Of a DNA stretch of 64,000 bases, positions 58,631-64,000 are shown piece by piece. Both the position numbers and the translations under genes were made by a program. Position 1 is the stretch's first letter. Every line of letters starts with the position of its first letter. Source of the DNA: an uncultured Bacteroidia bacterium (GTDB taxonomy: Bacteria; Bacteroidota; Bacteroidia; Bacteroidales; UBA932); the NCBI GenBank assembly GCA_902780175.1, contig CACZEU010000003.1:8979-72978 (forward strand), written 5' to 3'. Below the pieces are notes generated by a model. That model was given only the letters and a program-made list of their open reading frames with translations. It had not been told where the DNA came from and did no database searches.

Positions 58631-61600
58631 ATGAAACCTGATTGCAACACCGTCCTTGACCTCTTCCGCCGGCAAGTCCGGCTCGCCCCGGACCAGACGG
58701 CCCTCGTCTATGAGAATACCCGCCTGACCTACCGCCGGGCCGACGAACTGTCCGACAACCTTGCGGCATACATCGAATCCCAAGTCCCTCCCAGGAGCGT
58801 TGTGGGCATCATGCTCGGAAGGAACGAGAACATGATGGTCGCCCCCCTGGGTGCACTCAAGGCCGGTTGCGCCTACCTCCCGCTCGACCCGTCCTATCCG
58901 CCCGAGCGTCTGGAATTCATGATGAAAGACGCCGGCGCCGCCATGCTCATCGCAGACGAGGACAAGCTCCCCATCCTCAAGGATGTCAAGGTGCCCGTCG
59001 TTAAGACCTCCGACATAGCGAAGCTACATCAGGGAAAGCCCGTCTCGCAGCCCGCCCCCGACGACCTGTTCGTCCTGCTGTACACCAGCGGCACCACAGG
59101 CACGCCCAAGGGCTGTATGATCACGCACCTCAACGTCCGGGCCTTCGCCGTCAAGAATGCTGAGAACGTGTGCATCGACAACACCTCGCGCGTCATAGCA
59201 TACGCCAGCTTCGGGTTCGACGCCTTCGTCTGCGACCTCTATTCCACCATCATAGCCGGAGCCACGCTGTACATCATCCCGGAGCGCATCAGGCTCGACC
59301 TGCCCGCCCTTCACGCGTATTTCGAGGACAACGGCATCACCCACGGTTTCATGACCACTCAGGTGGCCACCCAGTTCGCCATCAACTACCCCGAAAGCCG
59401 CTGCCTCAAGGTGATGTGGACCGGCGGCGAGAAGATGGCCTCCTTCCCCCTTCCCAAATACCGCCTGTTCAACTGCTACGGCCCCACGGAGTGCATCTGC
59501 TACGTGATTTCCGAGGAGGTGAAGCAGCAGGAAGACAACATCCCCATCGGCAAACCCCTTCCCGGAATCCACGCTTATGTGGTTGATGCCGAAGGAAAGC
59601 AGGTGCCGTCCGGAGAGCCGGGCGAGCTCTGGATTGCCGGAGACCAGGTTGGCCTTGGCTACCTCAACCGTCCGGACAAGACTGCCGAGGCCTTCCTCGA
59701 CAACCCCTTCGAAACCGATCCTGCCTATGCCCGTGTGTACCGCACCGGCGACATCGTCCGTTACCGCCCCGACGGCAAGATAGAATTCGTCGGCCGCAAG
59801 GACGGCCAGGTCAAGATCCGCGGCTTCCGCATCGAGCTCAAGGAAGTGGAGGCCGTCATCCGTGAATTCCCCGGCATCAAGGACGTGACCTTGCAGGCCT
59901 TCGACGAGCCCGGCGTTGGCAGCGGCAAATTCCTGGCCGCCTACATCGTGGGTGACGGGGCGATTGACATCCAGGCGCTCAACGATTTCATCTCCGGCAA
60001 GAAGCCCCCTTATATGGTTCCCGCAGTCACCATGCAGATCGAGGCCATCCCCCTGAACGTCAACCAGAAGGTGGACGTCAAGGCCCTGCCCAAACCCGAG
60101 CCCCGCGCAAAGAAGCAGGAGGCCCACGTGGCGCCCTTCAACGTGCTGGAGGAGGAACTGGCGAAACTTATCGAAGAAACAGCCGGCATAAGCGGCTTCG
60201 GCCTCACCGAGCCTCTTTACTACAGCGGCCTCTCTTCCATCAGTTCCCTGCGCCTCGCGACGGAACTGTACAAGCGTTACGGCCTGCAGGAAGACATGGA
60301 CACCTTCCCCAAGGCGGCCAGCCTCCAGAGCATCGAAAACGACCTCCTCAAGTTGCTGATGACCAAGGACCAGGCTGCCGCACCCGGAGAGCCTGAAGCC
60401 TGCGCCGACGAGCCCCGAGAGCTTACTTTCCAGCAGACCGGACTGTACCTCGACTGCGTCAGGAATCCGTCCTCTACTGCCTACAACCTTCCCAGCATAC
60501 TTACCTTCCCCGCAGGCACGGACATCGACGTCCTCAAGGCCGCCCTGTTCTCCGTCCTGGAGGCCCATTCCGTCGTTGCAGGCCACTTCGAGCAGCGCGA
60601 CGGCAAGGTGTACCTTGTGCCCGGTTCGCCCGTAAAGGATATTCCTTATACTGAACTGAAGACGGAAGAGGAGTTCCAGGCCCTCAAGGAATCCTTCATG
60701 CAGCCGTTCGACCTCGCCGAGGGCCCGCTGTACCGCCTGAACATCGTCCGCACCCCCGGCAAGCTGCGCCTGCTGAACGATTTCCACCACCTGGTGTTCG
60801 ACGGCCGCTCCTACGACGTGTTCCTGGAGCAGCTGGCTGCCGCCCTGGAAGGCAAGGCCCCGGAAAAGGAAAAGTACACGTATTTCCAGTACGCAAAGGA
60901 CCAGAAGGCCTATCAGGACAGCCCCGAATTCAAGGAGGCGGAAGACTTCTTTGCCTCGCTGATGGCCGGAAAGGAAGAGGACACGGGCCTCATTCCCGAC
61001 AAGAAACCGGAAGAGGGTGCCGTCGGCCACGAACTGTGGCTGAGGAAGAAACTGGGCGCCAGTGTAACGGCCCGCTGCCACGCACTGGGCATATCGCCGG
61101 CCAGTTATTTCCTCGGAGCCGCATTCCTCACGGTGAGCGCCTTCAGCGGTCAGAAGAAAGTATATATGTGCACCGTGGCCAACGGCCGCAGCGACATGCG
61201 CGCCTCCGACACCTGGGGCATGTTCGTCAATACCATGGCCCTGTCGGGCGAAATCGGATCCCAGGGCGCCGATGAGTTCCTCAAGGAGACCGACGCCGGA
61301 TTCTCCACCGTCCTTACTTATCAGAATTATCCCTTCGCCCGCCTGTCATCCGCCTACGATTTCCATCCGAGCGTGATGCTGGCATACCAGGTGGGGCTTG
61401 TGGAGAAGTATTCAGTCAACGGCCAGGCGATTGAGGATGAAGTGATCACGCAGGATACGCCCAAGTTCCCCCTGAGCATATTCATCGAAGGGACCGAGGA
61501 TGCGCCCGAACTGGCCCTCGCCTACGACGACAGCCTCTATTCGGAGTCCCTGGTGAACTGTTTCGCCGACGCCCTTGAGACCGTCTGCCGCGGGCTCCTG

Positions 61601-64000
61601 CAGGACCATCCCCTCACGGAAATCCCGTTCGTTGACGGCGAGCGCCTGAAGGAACTGGACGGCTTCAACGCCTACACCCAGGAGGTCGACCTGTCTCTTA
61701 CTGTCGTCGACCTGTTCCGCAGGCAGGCCAAGGCCACGCCGGACGTCCCTGCGGTGCTGTTCGGCGGCAAGACAATTAGCTACGGCGACCTGGACCGCAT
61801 AACGGATTCCCTCGCCGCAAAGATACTCTCCTTCGGCCTCGGAGAAGAAGACGTGGTCTCCGTGCTCATCAACCGCAACGCCTGGATGACCAAGGCCTCC
61901 CTTGCCGCGATGAAGGCGGGCTGCGCCTATCAGCCCCTCGATCCTTCGTACCCGCCGGAGCGCCTCAATTTCATGATCCAGGACTCCCGCGCCAGGCTCC
62001 TTATAGCCGACAGGGAACTCGTCCCGCTGGTGGACGGATACAAGGGTCCCGTGCTTACCACCGACGAACTGGAGAATCTGCCCGATGCGCCCTGCACGGC
62101 CCCCGGTCCCAAGCCGGAAGACCTCTACATCCTGCTGTACACCTCCGGTTCCACCGGTACGCCCAAGGGATGTATGCTTGAGCAGCGCAATCTGGTGAAC
62201 TTCTGCGCCTGGTACACGGACTATTTCAACCTGAAGGCAGGCGACCGCGTGGCCGCATTCGCAAGTTACGGCTTCGACGCCAACATGATGGACCAGTATC
62301 CGGCCCTCACCTGCGGAGCCTGCGTCTGCATCATTCCGGAGGATGTGCGTCACGACCTCGGAGCGCTCGACCGCTTCATCACCGACAACGGCGTCACCCA
62401 CAGCTTCATGACCACCCAGGTCGGCGTGATGTACGCCCGCAATTACCCCGACAACCCGTCGCTGAAGTACCTTTCCGTCGGAGGCGAGAAGCTCGTTTCC
62501 ATGCCGCCGCCCTCATATGCGTTCTACAACGGCTACGGCCCTACGGAGTGCACCATCTTCTCCACCATCTTCCACGTGAAGGAGCGGGAGGACAACATAC
62601 CGATCGGCCATCCTCTGAGCAACGTGCAGCTGTACGTCGTCGACAAGGAAATGCGCCGTCTGCCTGCAGGAGCGGCAGGAGAACTGCTCATCGGCGGTGC
62701 CGGCGTGGGTCGCGGGTATCTCAACAACCCGGAGAAGACGGCTGAATGCTTCATCGATAATCCGTTCCTGCCGGGCGTGCGGCTCTACCGTTCCGGCGAC
62801 ATCGTACGCTACAGGCCCGACGGCAACATCGAATTCGTCGGCCGCAAGGACCGCCAGGTGAAGATACGCGGATTCCGCATCGAACTCAAGGAGGTCGAGG
62901 CCGTGATTCAGGAGATTCCCGGCGTGAGGGATGTTACGGTGCAGGCCTTCGACGCCCCTTCCGGCGGCAAGTTCCTGGCCGCATACGTGGTCTGCGAGGG
63001 CAAGCTCGACGCCAAGGCGGCATCGGACTTCATCCGCGGGCGCAAGCCGCCGTACATGGTGCCCGCAGCGTGGATGCAGCTGGACGCCATCCCTCTCAAC
63101 GTCAACCAGAAGGTGGACCGCAAGGCCCTTCCCGCCGCGACGCCATCGGCACTTGACGATTACGTGGCCCCCGTCGGCGAGACGGAAAAGGCCCTCTGCG
63201 CCATTTTCGCCGACATCCTGGGAGTGGAGCGCGTGGGAGCCACCGATTCCTTCTTCGACCTTGGCGGCACGTCCCTGATGGTCACCAACGTTATGGTAAA
63301 TGCCGAGAAGCAGGACCTGCATTTCGCATACTCCGACGTCTTCTCGCATCCTTCCGCCCGCGAGTTAGCCACTTTCCTCAATGGGGGGCAGGCAGCCTCG
63401 GAGCAGGACAGCAACATCACCGGATACGATTATTCCGCCATCGACGGACTCCTTGCGGGGAACACCCTGGAGGCGTTCAACGCAGGGGAGCGGATGCAGT
63501 TGGGCAGGAACATCCTGCTTGCCGGAGCCACGGGCTTCCTTGGCATCCACATGCTCAAGGAACTGGTGGAGAGCACCGGCCCCGATACTGTAATCCGCTG
63601 CCTGCTGCGCAGCAAGGGGAGCATTACGCCTGAGCGGCGCCTGCGGGAGATGCTGGTGTACTACTTCGAGAAAGACTACCGCAGTCTCCTGGGTACACGA
63701 ATTATTGCCGTCGAGGGCGACATCACCAATCCCGCGAGCCTCGAAGGGCTTGACGACGTAGATATGGTGGTCAACTGCGCCGCCAACGTGAAGCACTTCT
63801 CCAAGGGCACCGACATCGAAGACATCAACTACGGCGGCGTCAAGAACCTCGTTGCGCTGTGCGAGAAGAACGGGGCGTACCTGCTGCACGTGTCCACGGA
63901 GAGCGTCGGCGGCCTCACGCCCGGTTCGGTCCCCGGTACGCTGACGGAGCAGATGCTCTACTTCGGTCAGCTGACGGACAACCAGTACGTACACTCCAAG
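58631..64000 (+). CDS. Bimodular NRPS A-T-C-A-T-R (thioester reductase), 3' end outside window
   Basis: Absent from the ORF track (open for 1790 codons). A1 YTSGTTGTPKG/YGPTE/YRTGD; T1 GLSSI; C HHLVFDG; A2 YTSGSTGTPKG; T2 FFDLGGTSL; R GATGFLG...NCAANVKH...YVHSK. Confidence 0.95.
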   Translation, partial: MKPDCNTVLDLFRRQVRLAPDQTALVYENTRLTYRRADELSDNLAAYIESQVPPRSVVGIMLGRNENMMVAPLGALKAGCAYLPLDPSYPPERLEFMMKDAGAAMLIADEDKLPILKDVKVPVVKTSDIAKLHQGKPVSQPAPDDLFVLLYTSGTTGTPKGCMITHLNVRAFAVKNAENVCIDNTSRVIAYASFGFDAFVCDLYSTIIAGATLYIIPERIRLDLPALHAYFEDNGITHGFMTTQVATQFAINYPESRCLKVMWTGGEKMASFPLPKYRLFNCYGPTECICYVISEEVKQQEDNIPIGKPLPGIHAYVVDAEGKQVPSGEPGELWIAGDQVGLGYLNRPDKTAEAFLDNPFETDPAYARVYRTGDIVRYRPDGKIEFVGRKDGQVKIRGFRIELKEVEAVIREFPGIKDVTLQAFDEPGVGSGKFLAAYIVGDGAIDIQALNDFISGKKPPYMVPAVTMQIEAIPLNVNQKVDVKALPKPEPRAKKQEAHVAPFNVLEEELAKLIEETAGISGFGLTEPLYYSGLSSISSLRLATELYKRYGLQEDMDTFPKAASLQSIENDLLKLLMTKDQAAAPGEPEACADEPRELTFQQTGLYLDCVRNPSSTAYNLPSILTFPAGTDIDVLKAALFSVLEAHSVVAGHFEQRDGKVYLVPGSPVKDIPYTELKTEEEFQALKESFMQPFDLAEGPLYRLNIVRTPGKLRLLNDFHHLVFDGRSYDVFLEQLAAALEGKAPEKEKYTYFQYAKDQKAYQDSPEFKEAEDFFASLMAGKEEDTGLIPDKKPEEGAVGHELWLRKKLGASVTARCHALGISPASYFLGAAFLTVSAFSGQKKVYMCTVANGRSDMRASDTWGMFVNTMALSGEIGSQGADEFLKETDAGFSTVLTYQNYPFARLSSAYDFHPSVMLAYQVGLVEKYSVNGQAIEDEVITQDTPKFPLSIFIEGTEDAPELALAYDDSLYSESLVNCFADALETVCRGLLQDHPLTEIPFVDGERLKELDGFNAYTQEVDLSLTVVDLFRRQAKATPDVPAVLFGGKTISYGDLDRITDSLAAKILSFGLGEEDVVSVLINRNAWMTKASLAAMKAGCAYQPLDPSYPPERLNFMIQDSRARLLIADRELVPLVDGYKGPVLTTDELENLPDAPCTAPGPKPEDLYILLYTSGSTGTPKGCMLEQRNLVNFCAWYTDYFNLKAGDRVAAFASYGFDANMMDQYPALTCGACVCIIPEDVRHDLGALDRFITDNGVTHSFMTTQVGVMYARNYPDNPSLKYLSVGGEKLVSMPPPSYAFYNGYGPTECTIFSTIFHVKEREDNIPIGHPLSNVQLYVVDKEMRRLPAGAAGELLIGGAGVGRGYLNNPEKTAECFIDNPFLPGVRLYRSGDIVRYRPDGNIEFVGRKDRQVKIRGFRIELKEVEAVIQEIPGVRDVTVQAFDAPSGGKFLAAYVVCEGKLDAKAASDFIRGRKPPYMVPAAWMQLDAIPLNVNQKVDRKALPAATPSALDDYVAPVGETEKALCAIFADILGVERVGATDSFFDLGGTSLMVTNVMVNAEKQDLHFAYSDVFSHPSARELATFLNGGQAASEQDSNITGYDYSAIDGLLAGNTLEAFNAGERMQLGRNILLAGATGFLGIHMLKELVESTGPDTVIRCLLRSKGSITPERRLREMLVYYFEKDYRSLLGTRIIAVEGDITNPASLEGLDDVDMVVNCAANVKHFSKGTDIEDINYGGVKNLVALCEKNGAYLLHVSTESVGGLTPGSVPGTLTEQMLYFGQLTDNQYVHSK

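Noticed and set aside
59740-63130. DNA repeats between about 59.7-60.1 kb and 62.8-63.1 kb
   Set aside because: Ordinary paralogy of the two adenylation domains.
59024-63994. Minus-strand ORFs of 209-685 aa
   Set aside because: Antisense to the NRPS, which has all the conserved motifs on the plus strand.
1-64000. CRISPR array, tRNA/rRNA, IS or integrase
   Set aside because: No repeat-spacer periodicity, RNA-gene signature or recombinase motif was seen, and intergenic gaps are short.

Overview
This is a 64-kb, GC-rich Bacteroidales-type segment, identified by TAnnTTTG promoter boxes, SusC/SusD pairs and lipoprotein signal peptides. It has four blocks. (1) A heparinase III (PL12)-like gene runs off the left edge. 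(2) A ~37.6-kb block (about 1.96-39.58 kb) lies between two ~93%-identical copies of a 166-bp divergent-promoter segment. Each copy keeps a different one of the two flanking lyase genes intact. The block holds a SusR/DUF6377-type regulator and a co-oriented PUL of about 20 genes: an unannotated 49-aa peptide, five lipoproteins with a type V pilin/fimbrillin-like N-terminal domain (four carrying beta-helix, EEP or GLUG cargo), SusC/D, BACON proteins, five EEP phosphoesterase domains (one degenerate, one fused to GH97), an SGNH esterase, an FAD oxidoreductase, GH35-like, GH39-like, GH10-like and two GH3 enzymes, and an amino-acid symporter. (3) A LacI-controlled ribose PUL on the minus strand has ribokinase, a permease, SusC/D, three secreted ADP-ribosylglycohydrolase-family lipoproteins (one frameshifted) and an esterase. 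(4) A dCache-PP2C-HATPase/STAS partner-switching pair is divergent from an A-T-C-A-T-reductase NRPS that runs off the right edge. The best candidates for an undescribed system are the pilin-domain enzyme set with a shared GID-x5/6-DY-x-W tail motif, and the NRPS/partner-switch pairing. All family calls come from motif recognition by eye; no database search was run.
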